From Fidelibacterota bacterium (GTDB lineage: Bacteria > Pseudomonadota > Alphaproteobacteria > Rhodospirillales > Rhodospirillaceae): 64,000 bases of DNA. Shown piece after piece: positions 27,638-39,016 of the stretch (within the stretch, counting starts at the first letter, position 1; each line of letters opens with the position of its first letter). The notes under the pieces were generated by a model. The model saw nothing but the letters and a program-made list of their open reading frames with translations. It was not told where the DNA came from and ran no database searches. The stretch lies in assembly GCA_947476625.1 (NCBI GenBank), contig CANJRA010000003.1:821-64820 (forward strand). The letters run 5' to 3'. Both the position numbers and the translations under genes were made by a program.

Positions 27638-28552
27638 CTAGAGCAATTCACCCACACGCGGATGATACTCCTCAATCCCGTCGGGATCTTGGTGAATGAT
27701 CGTATCGACGCCCGGCATAATCGCTTCGATGGCTTTTGCGACGTCTTCGGATATGCGGTGCGCTTCCAGTAACGTCAGGGCTGGATCCAGGACAATATGC
27801 ATTTGCACAAACTTTTGCAGACCCGATGACCGGGTGCGAAGTTCATGAATGCGTTTCACTTTCGGATATTGCAGCGCAACGGCGCGTATTTCCTGGCGTT
27901 CGGCGTCGGGCAGTTCGCGATCCATCAGCCCACCGACGGCAAGATAAGCGATGCGGCCGGCATTGATCATGAGATAAAGGCTAATACCGACGCCAAATAC
28001 AGGATCGGCCCAGGTCAAACCCCACTGCGACGAAAGCACCAGCGCGACAATCACGGCGACATTCATTAGAAGGTCGCCGGTGTAATGCAGAGAATCACCA
28101 CCGATAGCGACCGAGCCGGTATTGCGAACCACAAATTTCTGAAACGTCACCAACGCCAGCGTCAGCACGATGGCAATCACCATCACGATGATGCCCGTCA
28201 CTTCTTCTTGGATAGGCGCGGGGTTACGAAGGCGCGATATCGCCTCGACACCGACAAGAACAGCCGAGCCAGCGATGAATGCAGTTTGTGCCAAGGCAGA
28301 CAAAGGCTCCGCTTTACCGTGACCAAAGCTGTGTTCCTTGTCGGCTGGCGTCAGCGAAAAACGTACCGCCAAAAAAGTGACAAACGAAGCCAGAAAATCG
28401 AGCGCGGAATCCGCAAGACTGGAAAGCAATGCAACCGACCCGGTATCGAAATACGCCGACGCCTTGATTGTCACAAGCACGGCGCCGCAGGCCATGGCGG
28501 CGTACGTCGCCGCCTGCATTAATTTGCCGTGATGATGAATGCCGGCTGACAT
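27638..28552 (-). CDS. Cation diffusion facilitator family transporter (FieF-like)
   Basis: LLSSLADSALDFLAS...EHSFGHGKAEPL...HYTGDLLMN is followed by a C-terminal cytoplasmic domain. Confidence 0.92.
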   Translation of the reverse strand: MSAGIHHHGKLMQAATYAAMACGAVLVTIKASAYFDTGSVALLSSLADSALDFLASFVTFLAVRFSLTPADKEHSFGHGKAEPLSALAQTAFIAGSAVLVGVEAISRLRNPAPIQEEVTGIIVMVIAIVLTLALVTFQKFVVRNTGSVAIGGDSLHYTGDLLMNVAVIVALVLSSQWGLTWADPVFGVGISLYLMINAGRIAYLAVGGLMDRELPDAERQEIRAVALQYPKVKRIHELRTRSSGLQKFVQMHIVLDPALTLLEAHRISEDVAKAIEAIMPGVDTIIHQDPDGIEEYHPRVGELL

Positions 28553-28558
28553 GGCCGC

Positions 28559-29251
28559 CTACGGGTACAGCCGATGTGTACGCCAGATGTCGCCGTGACG
28601 TTGGAAGATCAGGCGGTCGTGCAAACGGTTGCGCACATCATGCCAAAACTCGATTGTTTCCGGCGCCAGGCAATAGCCCGTCCACCGGTCGGGCCGCGGC
28701 ACCGGATGGCCGGCGAACCGCGCATCGAATTCCTCTACCCGTGCCTGCAATGTGTGCCGGTCAGGAAGCACCTGTGACTGCGCCGACGCCCATCCCGCGA
28801 TCTGACTTTGGCGCGGACGTGTGGCCCAATACGCATCGGCATCGGCGGCGGTGACGGGTTCGAGTATGCCTTCGGCGCGCACCTGCCGGCCCAAGGATTT
28901 CCAATGGAAGCAAATCGCCGCGGCAGGATTAGCGTCGATCTCGTGGCCCTTGCGGCTTTCCGTGTTGGTGTAAAATACAAAGCCGCGCGGGCTCACATCT
29001 TTTAACAGCACCAGCCTGACGGACGGCTTACCGTCCGGCGTAGCGGTCGCCAGGCTCATGGCATCAGGAACATCAGGTTCCTTGGCGCGCGCATCCTCAA
29101 ACCATTGGCGAAACAGCGCAATGGGATCGGAAACATCGGCAATGAGCGTTGAGGCTTCCATGGCGCGCGAATTCAATTCCATGATCTTGGAGGGGCTAAA
29201 CTCGGGCCCCGCCAGCTCCTTGTCAATCCTTGCAATTTCGACACTTTCCAA
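28559..29251 (-). CDS. pdxH: Pyridoxamine 5'-phosphate oxidase
   Basis: PSVRLVLLKDVSPRGFVFYTNTESRKG...FHWKSLGRQVRAEG...YWATRPRQSQIAGWAS...EFWHD..RLHDR matches PdxH. The true start may be an internal ATG (MELNS). Confidence 0.92.
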   Translation of the reverse strand: MESVEIARIDKELAGPEFSPSKIMELNSRAMEASTLIADVSDPIALFRQWFEDARAKEPDVPDAMSLATATPDGKPSVRLVLLKDVSPRGFVFYTNTESRKGHEIDANPAAAICFHWKSLGRQVRAEGILEPVTAADADAYWATRPRQSQIAGWASAQSQVLPDRHTLQARVEEFDARFAGHPVPRPDRWTGYCLAPETIEFWHDVRNRLHDRLIFQRHGDIWRTHRLYP

Positions 29252-29388
29252 CCGTTGACACGGCGCGCTCTGCCCTTATTTTTGCCACCATTCACTGGCT
29301 CAATACTCATATTCAATGAGGATGGAACGCCTGGGTGGCTTCGGGCGTTAGTTGAAAGCACTACGTGCACCAACAGAAGGAAATTCAG

Positions 29389-29877
29389 ATGCATCTCATG
29401 CGGACAAAAACCCCCAAGATCTTGACCGCCCTGGCCGTGGTCTCCGCCTTGGCGCTGGCCGGCTGCTCGGAAGGCAATAACACCACGGGCGCGATGCTCG
29501 GCGGCGCTGCACTCGGCGGCTTGCTCGGATCACAGTTCGGCCACGGCGACGGTCGCTTGGCTATGACCGCCATAGGTACGCTCGCCGGCGCGGCGATCGG
29601 CAATAAAATCGGTAAAAACATGGACGAGGTCGACCGCTCGAGAATGCGCGAAGCCGAACAGCGCGCCTATGCAGCGCCGATCAATGAAACGATTATTTGG
29701 AACAACCCCAAGACCGGCAACTCAGGCCGCGTCACCCCGGTCCGCGATGGCCGTCGCCAAACCGGCGAGTACTGCCGCGAGTTCCAATCGGAAATCAACG
29801 TCGGCGGCCAGCGTGAAAAAGGCTACGGCACTGCGTGCCAGCAGCCCGACGGTTCCTGGAAAATTGTCTCTGGCTAA
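29389..29877 (+). CDS. Outer-membrane lipoprotein, 17-kDa surface antigen / glycine-zipper family
   Basis: It has the lipobox LALAGC, a glycine zipper (GAMLGGAALGGLLGSQFG...GTLAGAAIGNKIG) and a C-terminal surface-antigen-like domain (CREFQSEI...GTACQQPDGSWK). Confidence 0.85.
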   Translation: MHLMRTKTPKILTALAVVSALALAGCSEGNNTTGAMLGGAALGGLLGSQFGHGDGRLAMTAIGTLAGAAIGNKIGKNMDEVDRSRMREAEQRAYAAPINETIIWNNPKTGNSGRVTPVRDGRRQTGEYCREFQSEINVGGQREKGYGTACQQPDGSWKIVSG

Positions 29878-29903
29878 AGCGGGAAAAGATCATTCTTGCG
29901 AAG

Positions 29904-29934
29904 AGAGGCGGTCATCACAGACCGCCTCTTTTTT
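29904..29934 (+). terminator. Rho-independent terminator after the lipoprotein gene
   Basis: AGAGGCGGTC-ATCACA-GACCGCCTCT is followed by TTTTT. Confidence 0.8.
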
Positions 29935-29962
29935 ATGCCTGGGCCGACGGAAGCTCCTCGGG

Positions 29963-31256
29963 CTACAAGACGATGCGCGCAAGACTGACGCTCAATAAGG
30001 TCTGTTCCGAATCGGCGGCTTTCTTCAAATGCTGGTTCAGCCGTTTTCCGATGTCGCTGCCACGTATTTTGTCGGCATCGCCGAAGTTCAATCCCAGTCC
30101 GAATTGATGCACGAGATCCGCAAGCGGCGTGCGTTCAAGGTCCCGCGCCAATATCCAGCGGCTGTCTTCGGCGGCGGCGATGAAGTGCCCTTTGCGAAGT
30201 TCATTCAAAAGCCCCGTCAGCGTGGTATCCGGCGCTCCCAGTAATTTCGCAAGTGCTTCAATCGTCAGGCCCAGTCCGGAACGCCGCGCCACAGAGAGCC
30301 GCGCGAGAATTTCCAGAGCAAGGGTCAAACGGCTGGCAACCCCCACGCCGACACCTGCGCGCGTATGACGCCAATCGGGCAGCGCGCGGGTGACCACCGC
30401 ACCCGTAAGCACAGCGAGCCACACCAGATAAATCCACATTAAAAATACCGGCACCGCCGCTAATGCGCCGTAGATTGCTTTGTACGACGTCATGCTGATG
30501 ATGCCGAAGGCAAACGTATAACGCAGCAACGACAACAGAAGCGCCGCCACGCCCGCGCCCACCATGGCATCCTTCAGCTTCATGCGCCGGTTTTGGTTTG
30601 ATCAGGAAAAGAAATGTCAGCGTAGCCCAGGTCAGCAGCGTCGGCATCAAATGGCCCAGCAGGATAAACGCCGGGTGCGGCGTCTCGCTCGTGTCCTCGA
30701 TCTGTTTGGTCGTGAAGTAGCCTAAAAGCGTCGCACCCAACCCCAGCAGAATGGGCCCAATCGTCAATACCGCCCAGAAAGCCAACAGCCGGCTACGCAA
30801 CAAGCGCGGACGAATGACGCGGAAAATTTCGTTGAGGGCGCCCTCAATCGTCAGCAGCAGCACGATTGAGGTTGCCATGAGGCCAAGCACGCCAAAAACC
30901 GTCAGCTGGCTGGCGGAATTGATAAAATTTGTCAGAAATTCGCTCATCTTCAGACCGGTGTCCGGCACCAGACTGGTAGAAATGGTCAGCTGGAGCGACA
31001 GCCGCAGTTCATTGAAGGCCGGAAAAGCTGCCAATGACGCCAGCAACATGGCCAGGGCGGGAATCACCGCCAGCGCCGTCGAAAAGCTTAGGGCGGCGGC
31101 GGCCCGGGTAATACGTGCCTCAGTGATACATCTGAAGAGGAATGGCGCCAGGTTTTCGGGTCGGGTTAAGGCCCCAGCGACCAGGGCCCTGGCGTTCGCG
31201 AACCGCGGTTTCCTTGGCACCGTATCGGGTACGTCTGGCACATGATCTTCGGCCAT
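29963..31256 (-). pseudogene. YihY/BrkB (virulence factor BrkB) family membrane protein with a C-terminal winged-helix-like extension, interrupted by a +1 frameshift
   Basis: ORF 30258..31280 carries the N-terminal YihY part, up to ...LTFLFLIKP. ORF 29963..30583 carries the rest (MKLKDAMVGAGVAALLL...IYGALAAVPVFLMWIYLVWLAVLTGA). Removing one A from the A4 run (plus-strand T4 at 30591-30594) joins them as LIKPNRRMKLKDA, which matches the family's PNRR motif. Confidence 0.8.
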
Positions 31257-31351
31257 GGCGCTTACCCTTGCCTTGCCCAATGGGTTGTTTCGTGTAGGAT
31301 GCCGAAAGTTATTGGTTCCCGAAAGGTTTTTGGTAGTTTTTGAGTGCGAAA

Positions 31352-32191
31352 ATGGGCGAACAACAGCTTTTGATGCACGGCAAGAAGGGCCTGATCATGG
31401 GCGTGGCCAACGATAGGTCCATAGCCTGGGGGATCGCCCAACAAGTAACCGCCCATGGCGCCTCCGTAGCCTTTACGTATCAAGGCGAGGCCCTGGAAAA
31501 GCGTGTGCGGCCTTTGGCCGAAAGCGTCCACTCGCCTCTGATCCTGCCGTGCGACGTTACCGATACGGCCTCGGTAGAGCAGGTGTTCGCCGAGATCAAA
31601 AAGACCTGGGGTACGCTTGATTTCGTCGTGCATGCCATCGCCTTTTCCGACAAGGAACAGTTGAAGGGCCGTTACTGCGACACGACACGCGAGAATTTCC
31701 TCAAGACCATGGACATCTCGTGTTTCTCGTTCACAGAAATCTGCCGTCGCGCTGAGGCGCTCATGCCCAACGGCGGCAGCTTGGTAACCCTCAGCTATTA
31801 CGGCGCCGAGCGCGTCGTACCCCATTACAACGTCATGGGCGTCGCAAAGGCTGCACTCGAAGCCAGCGTGCGTTATCTGGCGACGGACCTGGGCAGCAAG
31901 AATATCCGCGTCAACGCCATCTCCGCCGGCCCCATCAAGACACTGGCGGCGTCAGGCATCGGCGATTTCCGCTACATCCTGAAATGGAACGAGTTGAACG
32001 CGCCTATGCACCGCAACGTCACCATCGACGACGTTGGCAAGTCGGGCCTCTACCTTCTCAGCGACCTGGGCAGCGGCGTGACCGGTGAAGTGCATCACGT
32101 CGATTGCGGCTACCATGTTGTCGGGATGATGGCGCCGGAATCCTCGCAGCAGATTTCGGAGTTGCTCGCCGGCGCCAACCTCGTCAAGTAG
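31352..32191 (+). CDS. fabI: Enoyl-[acyl-carrier-protein] reductase (NADH) FabI
   Basis: [20 protein letters not shown]...[23 protein letters not shown]...[10 protein letters not shown] matches FabI. Confidence 0.95.
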   Translation: MGEQQLLMHGKKGLIMGVANDRSIAWGIAQQVTAHGASVAFTYQGEALEKRVRPLAESVHSPLILPCDVTDTASVEQVFAEIKKTWGTLDFVVHAIAFSDKEQLKGRYCDTTRENFLKTMDISCFSFTEICRRAEALMPNGGSLVTLSYYGAERVVPHYNVMGVAKAALEASVRYLATDLGSKNIRVNAISAGPIKTLAASGIGDFRYILKWNELNAPMHRNVTIDDVGKSGLYLLSDLGSGVTGEVHHVDCGYHVVGMMAPESSQQISELLAGANLVK

Positions 32192-32196
32192 GCGTC

Positions 32197-33285
32197 ATGT
32201 CCAGCAACACGTTCGGCACCCTCTTCCGCTTCACGACATTCGGCGAAAGCCACGGCCCCGCCATCGGCTGCGTCGTCGACGGCGTGCCGCCGCTCATCCC
32301 GGTCAGCGAAGCCGACATTCAAGTGTGGCTTGATAAGCGCAAGCCCGGCCAATCCAAATATACAACCCAGCGCCGCGAACCCGACGCCGTCAAAATCCTC
32401 TCGGGTGTTTTCGAAGGTGTGACGACCGGCACGCCGATCGGCCTGCTGATTGAAAACGTCGATGCCCGCTCGAAGGACTACGGCGACATCGCCGAAAAAT
32501 TCCGGCCCGGCCATGCCGACTACACCTATTGGAAAAAATACGGCATTCGTGATTATCGCGGCGGTGGACGTTCCTCGGCGCGCGAGACCGCCATGCGAGT
32601 CGCGGCCGGCGCCATCGCGCGTAAAGTGCTCGAACATGGCCTCGGCAAGAAAATTAAAATCCGCGGCGCGCTGACCCAGATCGGTCCTCACGCCATCGAC
32701 CGTAAGCGCTGGGATTGGTATCAGGTCGGCAAAAATCCGTTCTTCTCGCCGGACAAAAAAACCGCCGAGACCTGGGCGGACTATCTCGACGGCGTGCGCA
32801 AAAGCGGCTCGTCGGCGGGCGCTATCATTGAAGTCGTGGCCGAGGGCATTCCCGTCGGCTTGGGCGCGCCGATTTACGGCAAGCTTGATGCCGACATTGC
32901 CTCGGCGATGATGAGTATCAACGCCGCCAAGGGCGTAGAGATTGGCGACGGTTTCGCGGCGGCCATGCTGTCCGGCGAAGAGAACGCCGACGAAATGCGC
33001 GCCGGCAAGAAAAAGGGCGAGGTTAAATTCCTCTCCAACCACGCGGGCGGTATTCTTGGCGGCATCTCGACCGGACAGGACATTGTCGCCCGCGTCGCCA
33101 TTAAGCCGACCAGTTCCATCCTCGCGCCGCGCAAGACCATTGATATTCGCGGCCGCGATACCGAGATCAGCACCAAGGGTCGTCACGATCCGTGTGTCGG
33201 CATCCGGGGCGTACCCGTGGCCGAAGCTATGCTTGCCATCGTGCTGGCCGACCATCTGCTGCGCCATAAGGCCCAATGCGGCTGA
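32197..33285 (+). CDS. aroC: Chorismate synthase
   Basis: [29 protein letters not shown]...[11 protein letters not shown]...GRHDPCVG matches AroC. Start at the ATG 5 nt after the fabI stop. Confidence 0.96.
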   Translation: MSSNTFGTLFRFTTFGESHGPAIGCVVDGVPPLIPVSEADIQVWLDKRKPGQSKYTTQRREPDAVKILSGVFEGVTTGTPIGLLIENVDARSKDYGDIAEKFRPGHADYTYWKKYGIRDYRGGGRSSARETAMRVAAGAIARKVLEHGLGKKIKIRGALTQIGPHAIDRKRWDWYQVGKNPFFSPDKKTAETWADYLDGVRKSGSSAGAIIEVVAEGIPVGLGAPIYGKLDADIASAMMSINAAKGVEIGDGFAAAMLSGEENADEMRAGKKKGEVKFLSNHAGGILGGISTGQDIVARVAIKPTSSILAPRKTIDIRGRDTEISTKGRHDPCVGIRGVPVAEAMLAIVLADHLLRHKAQCG

Positions 33286-33332
33286 GGGGCGTGCGGTTCA
33301 GGGACGTTACTAAAAAACATTAGAGAGGTTTC

Positions 33333-35117
33333 ATGCGTACGTTCGGCTTGATTGTACTCGGCCTGTTCGCGGGGATCGGTCTTTTAGTGATGGCTGTCAT
33401 CGGCGGCGGGATCTACTTCGTCGCCGGCCTCGACCGCCCGCGCGAACCTATCGCCGCGACGCCCGACAAAATCGTCCTGACCATGGACCTGGATGAGGCG
33501 CTGGTCGAAGGTGCCGGTGGTCGGAACCTGAAGGGCTTCAGTTTTCAATCCTCGAACACGCTGCAAGAAGCCGTCGTTGCTCTGCGCAAAGCCAAAGACG
33601 ATGCACGCGTCGTCGCGATCAAAGCGACACTCAGCAACCCCAGCTTCGGGCTTGCACAGACCCAGGAAATTCGCGACGCCGTGGCCGATTTCCGCACCTC
33701 GGGCAAACCGGCTTACCTATTTTCCGAAACCATGGGCGAAGGCGACGGTTCGCTGCCGACATATTATCTCGCTGCCGCTTTTAGTGAACTCTGGGTACAG
33801 CCCTCCGGCACAATCGGTATCGCCGGCATCGGCACGGAAGCGTTCTTTCTTAAGAAGTTTCTCGAGCGTTTAGGCATCAAGGGCAACTTTGTCGCGCGCG
33901 GCGAGTACAAAAGCGCGCCCGAGATGTTCACCAATACCGAAATGTCCGCCCCCAACCGCGAGGAAACCCAAGCGTTGCTGGGATCGTGGTTCAATCAGAT
34001 GGTCGCGGGCATCGCGGCCGACCGCAAGATGACCGTCGATGCCGTGAAGGCCTTGACAGATCAAGGTCCGCAAATGGCGCAGGACGCTCTTGCCAAGGGT
34101 TTGGTAGACAAACTCGGCTACCGCGACGAATTCGATGAGGCGATGAAAAAACAGTTGGCAAGCGCAAAGGATATGAGACTCGACCGTTATGCCGACTTGC
34201 CCCAAGCCGGTAGCGGCTCCACCGACAAGCGCATCGCCATCATTCACGCCATTGGAGAGATCGACCGCGTCGGTGGTGAGACCGGACCCTTTTCGTCGCA
34301 GACCGGCATTCATGCCAACAAGATGACCAAAGCCATTCGCAAAGCCGCCGACGACAAAAAAATCAGCGCGATTCTTTTACGCGTCGACAGCCCCGGCGGT
34401 TCCTATGTGGCCTCCGATACCATTTGGCGCGAGATCGTGCGCGCCAAAGAAAGGGGCAACCCCGTGATCGTCAGCATGGGCGATACCGCCGCGTCGGGCG
34501 GCTACTTCATTGCCATGCCCGCCGACCGCATCTTTGCCTCACCCGCGACCGTCACCGGCTCCATCGGCGTCTTCACCGGCAAAATGGTCTTGGCCGATGC
34601 TTTGAACAAACTCGACATCAACCGTGAACGCATCGCCTTCGGTGATTCTGCGGGCATGTTCAGCGCCACAAGCGAGTTCTCGCCCAAAGACATTGAACGC
34701 CTCAATCGTTCGCTCGACGTCACCTATGCCGACTTCACGGGGAAGGCTGCCAAGGGTCGCAATAAAACCGTCGCGGAAATCGACAAGGTCGCCCGCGGCC
34801 GCGTCTGGAGCGGCGCTGATGCTATCGGCGCAGGCCTCGTCGATGAATTAGGCGGCTTCTTGAAAGCGCTTGATTACACCAAGACCAAGATCGGCCTGAA
34901 ACCTAGCGACGTCGTGACCCTGGTTCAATTCCCGGCCAGCAAAGAGTCCTGGATGGATATCTTCAACTTCTTCGGCGACACCGACGTACCCGATGACGTC
35001 GAGAACTTCTTCCATACCGCTGTTTGGTTCACAAAACTCGTCGCACCGATCATGCACCAGGTTGAAGCGCGCGACGACGGCCCGCAGCTTTACATGACGC
35101 CGCTCGGGGCTAAGTAG
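33333..35117 (+). CDS. sppA: Signal peptide peptidase SppA, 67K type
   Basis: It has an N-terminal TM segment and two ClpP/crotonase-like halves, with GDTAASGGYFIAMPAD and the catalytic region. Confidence 0.92.
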   Translation: MRTFGLIVLGLFAGIGLLVMAVIGGGIYFVAGLDRPREPIAATPDKIVLTMDLDEALVEGAGGRNLKGFSFQSSNTLQEAVVALRKAKDDARVVAIKATLSNPSFGLAQTQEIRDAVADFRTSGKPAYLFSETMGEGDGSLPTYYLAAAFSELWVQPSGTIGIAGIGTEAFFLKKFLERLGIKGNFVARGEYKSAPEMFTNTEMSAPNREETQALLGSWFNQMVAGIAADRKMTVDAVKALTDQGPQMAQDALAKGLVDKLGYRDEFDEAMKKQLASAKDMRLDRYADLPQAGSGSTDKRIAIIHAIGEIDRVGGETGPFSSQTGIHANKMTKAIRKAADDKKISAILLRVDSPGGSYVASDTIWREIVRAKERGNPVIVSMGDTAASGGYFIAMPADRIFASPATVTGSIGVFTGKMVLADALNKLDINRERIAFGDSAGMFSATSEFSPKDIERLNRSLDVTYADFTGKAAKGRNKTVAEIDKVARGRVWSGADAIGAGLVDELGGFLKALDYTKTKIGLKPSDVVTLVQFPASKESWMDIFNFFGDTDVPDDVENFFHTAVWFTKLVAPIMHQVEARDDGPQLYMTPLGAK

Positions 35118-35859
35118 CCGTAGACGTCGCGCCTATCAGAAATTCGACATTACCTTCCGGCCCAGTGATGGGACTCTTCTCGACACCCAACACTTTCCAC
35201 CCCGGCTGCGCGCTCATCCATGCGGTGATGGTTTCGCACACTTCGGCGTGAAGTGCCGGGTCGCGCACCACGCCTTTGTCGCCCACGCGATCCTTGCCGA
35301 CTTCAAACTGCGGTTTGATCAGCGCGATCACCCACGCATCCGGTGCTGCCAGCGCGAGCGCAGCCGGTAAAATCGTGCGCAGACCTATGAAGCTGGCGTC
35401 GCAGACAATGGCGCCAATGTTGTCGGGCACGGTCGCGCGGTCTAACTGGCGGGCATTGGTGCGCTCCAACACGACCACGCGCGGATCGGTGCGCAGTTTG
35501 TGCGCCAACTGCCCATAGCCGACATCGACAGCATAGACCTTCGCCGCATCATGGCTCAACAACACATCCGTAAAGCCGCCCGTCGATGCACCCAGGTCGA
35601 GACAGACCCGGCTTTTGGGAGCGAACGAGAAATGCGCAAGGCCGTGCGCCAGCTTTAAGCCGCCGCGCGAGACCCACGGATGCGCCGCACCTTTCACACG
35701 CACATCGATATCTGCGCCAACCTTAGCGCCCGATGACGTCAGTTTTTGTTCGCCGCTGAACACCACGCCGGCCATGACCAGCGCTTGCGCCTTGGCGGTG
35801 CTTTCCGCTAGGCCGCGCTCCACCAGCAATTCATCGAGTCTGACTTTAGGAATTTTCAA
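35110..35859 (-). CDS. tlyA: TlyA family rRNA (cytidine-2'-O)-methyltransferase
   Basis: An S4 domain (RLDELLVERGLAESTAKAQALVMAG) is followed by an FtsJ-like methyltransferase domain (CLDLGASTGGFTDVLL). Confidence 0.93.
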   Translation of the reverse strand: MKIPKVRLDELLVERGLAESTAKAQALVMAGVVFSGEQKLTSSGAKVGADIDVRVKGAAHPWVSRGGLKLAHGLAHFSFAPKSRVCLDLGASTGGFTDVLLSHDAAKVYAVDVGYGQLAHKLRTDPRVVVLERTNARQLDRATVPDNIGAIVCDASFIGLRTILPAALALAAPDAWVIALIKPQFEVGKDRVGDKGVVRDPALHAEVCETITAWMSAQPGWKVLGVEKSPITGPEGNVEFLIGATSTAT

Positions 35860-35864
35860 GGCCG

Positions 35865-37811
35865 CTAGGCCCGAACAGGCTTCTCGTCGGCGCTCACGCT
35901 CTCGACACCCAGCGCCTTCAAAGCCGTAGCCACTATATTGCCGGTCGTGAGGCCCGCAGCCAGCATCTGATCCTCGGGCTTCATATGTTCAAAGAACTCA
36001 TCGGGCATCGTCAGTGTGCGAACCTTGAGACCTTTGTCGAGACGTCCGCTCCAGGCCAGAAGATGCAACACCGCCGCACCAAAGCCACCGGACGAACCTT
36101 CTTCCACCGTCACCAGAACTTCATGCGTATCGGCGAGCTTGTTGATGAGGTCTGCATCGAGCGGTTTGGCAAAACGCGCATCGGCCACCGTGGTGGAAAG
36201 CCCGCGCGTGGCAAGGTCGTCTGCCGCCTTCAAACAATCGGCAAGACGCGTGCCCAGGCTCAGCAAAGCAATCTTGCTGCCTTCACACACGATGCGGCCT
36301 TTGCCAATCGGAAGCGGCGTGCCGCGTTCCGGAAGTTCTAAGCCGCCGATGCCTTCGCCGCGCGGATAACGCACGGCGCTTGGTCCCGTATTGTGCGCCG
36401 CCGCCGTGGCGACCATGTGCATCAGCTCAACTTCGTCTGCTGCCGCCATGATGACAAAGTTAGGCAAACAGCCGAGATACGCGAGATCGAAAGACCCAGC
36501 GTGCGTCGCACCGTCGGCGCCAACATACCCCGCGCGGTCCAACGCGAAACGCACCGGCAGATTCTGCACCGCGACGTCATGCACAACTTGGTCGTAAGCG
36601 CGCTGCAGGAAGGTCGAATAGATCGCGCAGAACGGCTTGTAGCCCTCCGACGCCAAACCCGCCGCAAATGTCACAGCATGCTGCTCGGCGATGCCGACAT
36701 CGAAACAGCGTGTCGGGAATTTTTCACCGAATTTATCGAGGCCCGTGCCGCTCGGCATAGCAGCTGTAATGGCAATGACTTTTTCATCGGCGGCCGCTTC
36801 GGCGATCAAAGCCTTGGCGAATACGCCGGTATAAGACGGCGCCTTGGCGACGCTCTTGGCCTGTGCGCCCGAGACCACGTCGAATTTCGTAACGCCGTGA
36901 TATTTGTCGGCTGAGGCTTCCGCCGGGGCGTACCCGCAGCCCTTCTGCGTCACCACATGAATCAGGAAAGGCCCGTTAGCCTCGCTGTCGCGCACGTTGC
37001 GCAACACCGGCACCAGATGCTCGATGCGATGGCCGTCGATGGGGCCGACATAGTAAAGGCCCAACTCCTCGAACAGCGTGCCGCCCGTCACCATGCCGCG
37101 CGTATATTCTTCCGCGCGCTTGGCGGCGATCTCCAACGGCTTCGGGAAATACGCCGCGATCTGCTTCAACGACTGACGGATATTCAAATAAGACTTGGAC
37201 GACAGCAAACGCGACAGGTAAGCGCTCATGGCGCCCACGGGCGGCGCAATCGACATGTCGTTGTCGTTGAGGATAACGATGAGGCGGCTTTTCAGCGCGC
37301 CCGCATTGTTCATGGCCTCGTAGGCCATACCGGCGCTCATGCTGCCATCGCCGATAACCGCGATGACATGGTTGTCGCGCCCGGCGAAATCGCGCGCCAC
37401 CGCCATGCCGAGACCGGCAGAGATCGACGTCGAGCTATGACCTGCGCCGAACGGATCGTACTCGCTCTCCGAGCGCAGCGTAAAACCGGACAAGCCGTCC
37501 TTTTGCCGAATAGTCGACATGCGGTCGCGGCGGCCGGTCAGAATTTTATGCGGATAGCACTGGTGACCAACGTCCCAGATCAAACGATCAGACGGCGTAT
37601 CAAACACATGATGCAAAGCAACGGTGAGTTCCACCACGCCCAATCCAGCGCCAAGGTGCCCGCCGGTGCGCGAAACGCTGTGAATGGTCTCCGCGCGCAG
37701 TTCGTTCGACAGCTCGGTCAGCTGTTCGAGGCTTAAATTGCGCAAATCCGATGGTCGCGAAACGCGGTCCAACAACGGCGTGCGGGGCGAAGGCGTATCA
37801 GTATTGGTCAA
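35865..37811 (-). CDS. dxs: 1-deoxy-D-xylulose-5-phosphate synthase
   Basis: [15 protein letters not shown]...[18 protein letters not shown]...[18 protein letters not shown] matches Dxs. 648 aa. Confidence 0.97.
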   Translation of the reverse strand: MTNTDTPSPRTPLLDRVSRPSDLRNLSLEQLTELSNELRAETIHSVSRTGGHLGAGLGVVELTVALHHVFDTPSDRLIWDVGHQCYPHKILTGRRDRMSTIRQKDGLSGFTLRSESEYDPFGAGHSSTSISAGLGMAVARDFAGRDNHVIAVIGDGSMSAGMAYEAMNNAGALKSRLIVILNDNDMSIAPPVGAMSAYLSRLLSSKSYLNIRQSLKQIAAYFPKPLEIAAKRAEEYTRGMVTGGTLFEELGLYYVGPIDGHRIEHLVPVLRNVRDSEANGPFLIHVVTQKGCGYAPAEASADKYHGVTKFDVVSGAQAKSVAKAPSYTGVFAKALIAEAAADEKVIAITAAMPSGTGLDKFGEKFPTRCFDVGIAEQHAVTFAAGLASEGYKPFCAIYSTFLQRAYDQVVHDVAVQNLPVRFALDRAGYVGADGATHAGSFDLAYLGCLPNFVIMAAADEVELMHMVATAAAHNTGPSAVRYPRGEGIGGLELPERGTPLPIGKGRIVCEGSKIALLSLGTRLADCLKAADDLATRGLSTTVADARFAKPLDADLINKLADTHEVLVTVEEGSSGGFGAAVLHLLAWSGRLDKGLKVRTLTMPDEFFEHMKPEDQMLAAGLTTGNIVATALKALGVESVSADEKPVRA

Positions 37812-37851
37812 GACAAGTCACCGGAATCAAAGGCAATTGAAGACGAATGTA

Positions 37852-38766
37852 TCAGTTGCGGCGTGTCACGGCGAACTCTGCCGCTTGCCGCAATAAAATT
37901 GCCTTATTTCCAAATGATGTCAAATGGTTGAAGGCCTGTTTCGCGAGTGAATGCGCCAGGTTTTTAGCGCCGTCCAGCCCCAGCCGGTCGACAAACGTAG
38001 CCTTGCCCGCAGCGGCGTCCTTGCCGGTTGCCTTGCCGGTTTCCGCGGCCGTGGATTCCACATCCAGCACGTCGTCGGCAATCTGAAACGCGAGCCCCAT
38101 GTCCATGCCGTAGAAGCCCAGCATATCGACCGTCGCCGCAGGCGCTCCGCCCAGTATCGCGCCCATGCGGCACCCGACGGCGATCATGCAGCCGGTCTTT
38201 AAATTCTGCAGACGCTTCAAGCCGTCATCATTCAAACGGAGGTTCGCCGCCATCAAGTCGATCATCTGCCCGCCGACCATGCCGGACGCACCGGCAGCGC
38301 GCGCAAGTTCAGCAACCAGACTGGCGCGCACGGCGCCGTCGGGATGCGTGGCAGGATCAGCCAGCACGGCAAACGCCTCCGTCAGCAGGGCATCACCCGC
38401 GAGGATAGCGGTCGCTTCGTCGAATTTCCGGTGCACTGTCGGACGCCCACGCCGTAGGTCATCGTCGTCCATGGCTGGCAGATCGTCATGCACCAGTGAG
38501 TAGCAATGAATCATTTCAACAGCCGCAGCGGCGCGCAGTGAGTACGCACGCGGCACATCGAACAAATCAGCCGACGCGCAGGTCAGAAAAGGCCGCAGAC
38601 GCTTACCGCCGTCCAGCGCCGCATAACGCATCGCTTCGACGACGATGCCTTCCGGCCCGGGCACCAGCGGCAACAGCCGGCCCAGTTCCGCATTGGTGGC
38701 AACCGCAATCGCAACCAGTTCTTTTTGAAATGCGCCGAGATCGGCGGCATCTGTATTCATCTGCAT
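37852..38766 (-). CDS. ispA: Polyprenyl (farnesyl/geranylgeranyl) diphosphate synthase
   Basis: It has the FARM motif LVHDDLPAMDDDDLRRG and the SARM motif FQIADDVLD. Start set at ATG 38766, which avoids overlap with xseB. Confidence 0.92.
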   Translation of the reverse strand: MQMNTDAADLGAFQKELVAIAVATNAELGRLLPLVPGPEGIVVEAMRYAALDGGKRLRPFLTCASADLFDVPRAYSLRAAAAVEMIHCYSLVHDDLPAMDDDDLRRGRPTVHRKFDEATAILAGDALLTEAFAVLADPATHPDGAVRASLVAELARAAGASGMVGGQMIDLMAANLRLNDDGLKRLQNLKTGCMIAVGCRMGAILGGAPAATVDMLGFYGMDMGLAFQIADDVLDVESTAAETGKATGKDAAAGKATFVDRLGLDGAKNLAHSLAKQAFNHLTSFGNKAILLRQAAEFAVTRRN

Positions 38767-38773
38767 AGCGGCG

Positions 38774-39016
38774 TTACTCACGATCCACAGGCTCCAGGCC
38801 AATATTTTTCCCCGCGCCGGTGATCTTTTCGACTTTCGCGCGCGCCTCGGCCAATTTGGCCTCGCAATGCTTTTTCAGCGCGGCACCACGCTCATAGGCT
38901 TTGACCGCGTCATCAAGTTTCACTTGCCCGCTTTCGAGATCACGCACGATCCGTTCCAGCTCTTTCATGGCCTCCTCGAAACCGAGAGCAGCGATGTCGT
39001 CCGGCGTCTTAGCCAT
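38774..39016 (-). CDS. xseB: Exodeoxyribonuclease VII small subunit
   Basis: FEEAMKELERIVRDLESGQVKLDDAVKAYERGAALKKHCEAKL matches XseB. 80 aa. Confidence 0.95.
   Translation of the reverse strand: MAKTPDDIAALGFEEAMKELERIVRDLESGQVKLDDAVKAYERGAALKKHCEAKLAEARAKVEKITGAGKNIGLEPVDRE

Noticed and set aside
31315-31329. GTTC-N7-GTTT near-match to the LexA box upstream of fabI.
   Set aside because: It has one mismatch in the second half-site, and fabI is not a plausible SOS gene. It is likely a chance match.
32110-33276. 388-aa ORF antisense to aroC. Similar long antisense or alternative-frame ORFs are 45254..46450 (antisense aspS), 48917..49681 (antisense ppx), 36957..37736 (antisense dxs), 10467..11210 (antisense ctaC), 62381..62944 (antisense apbC) and 12123..12884 (alternative frame of ctaD).
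   Set aside because: Their translations are Arg/Gly/Ala-rich low-complexity sequence with no family resemblance. The opposite or other frame encodes textbook proteins. Long stop-free antisense frames are expected at about 60% GC.
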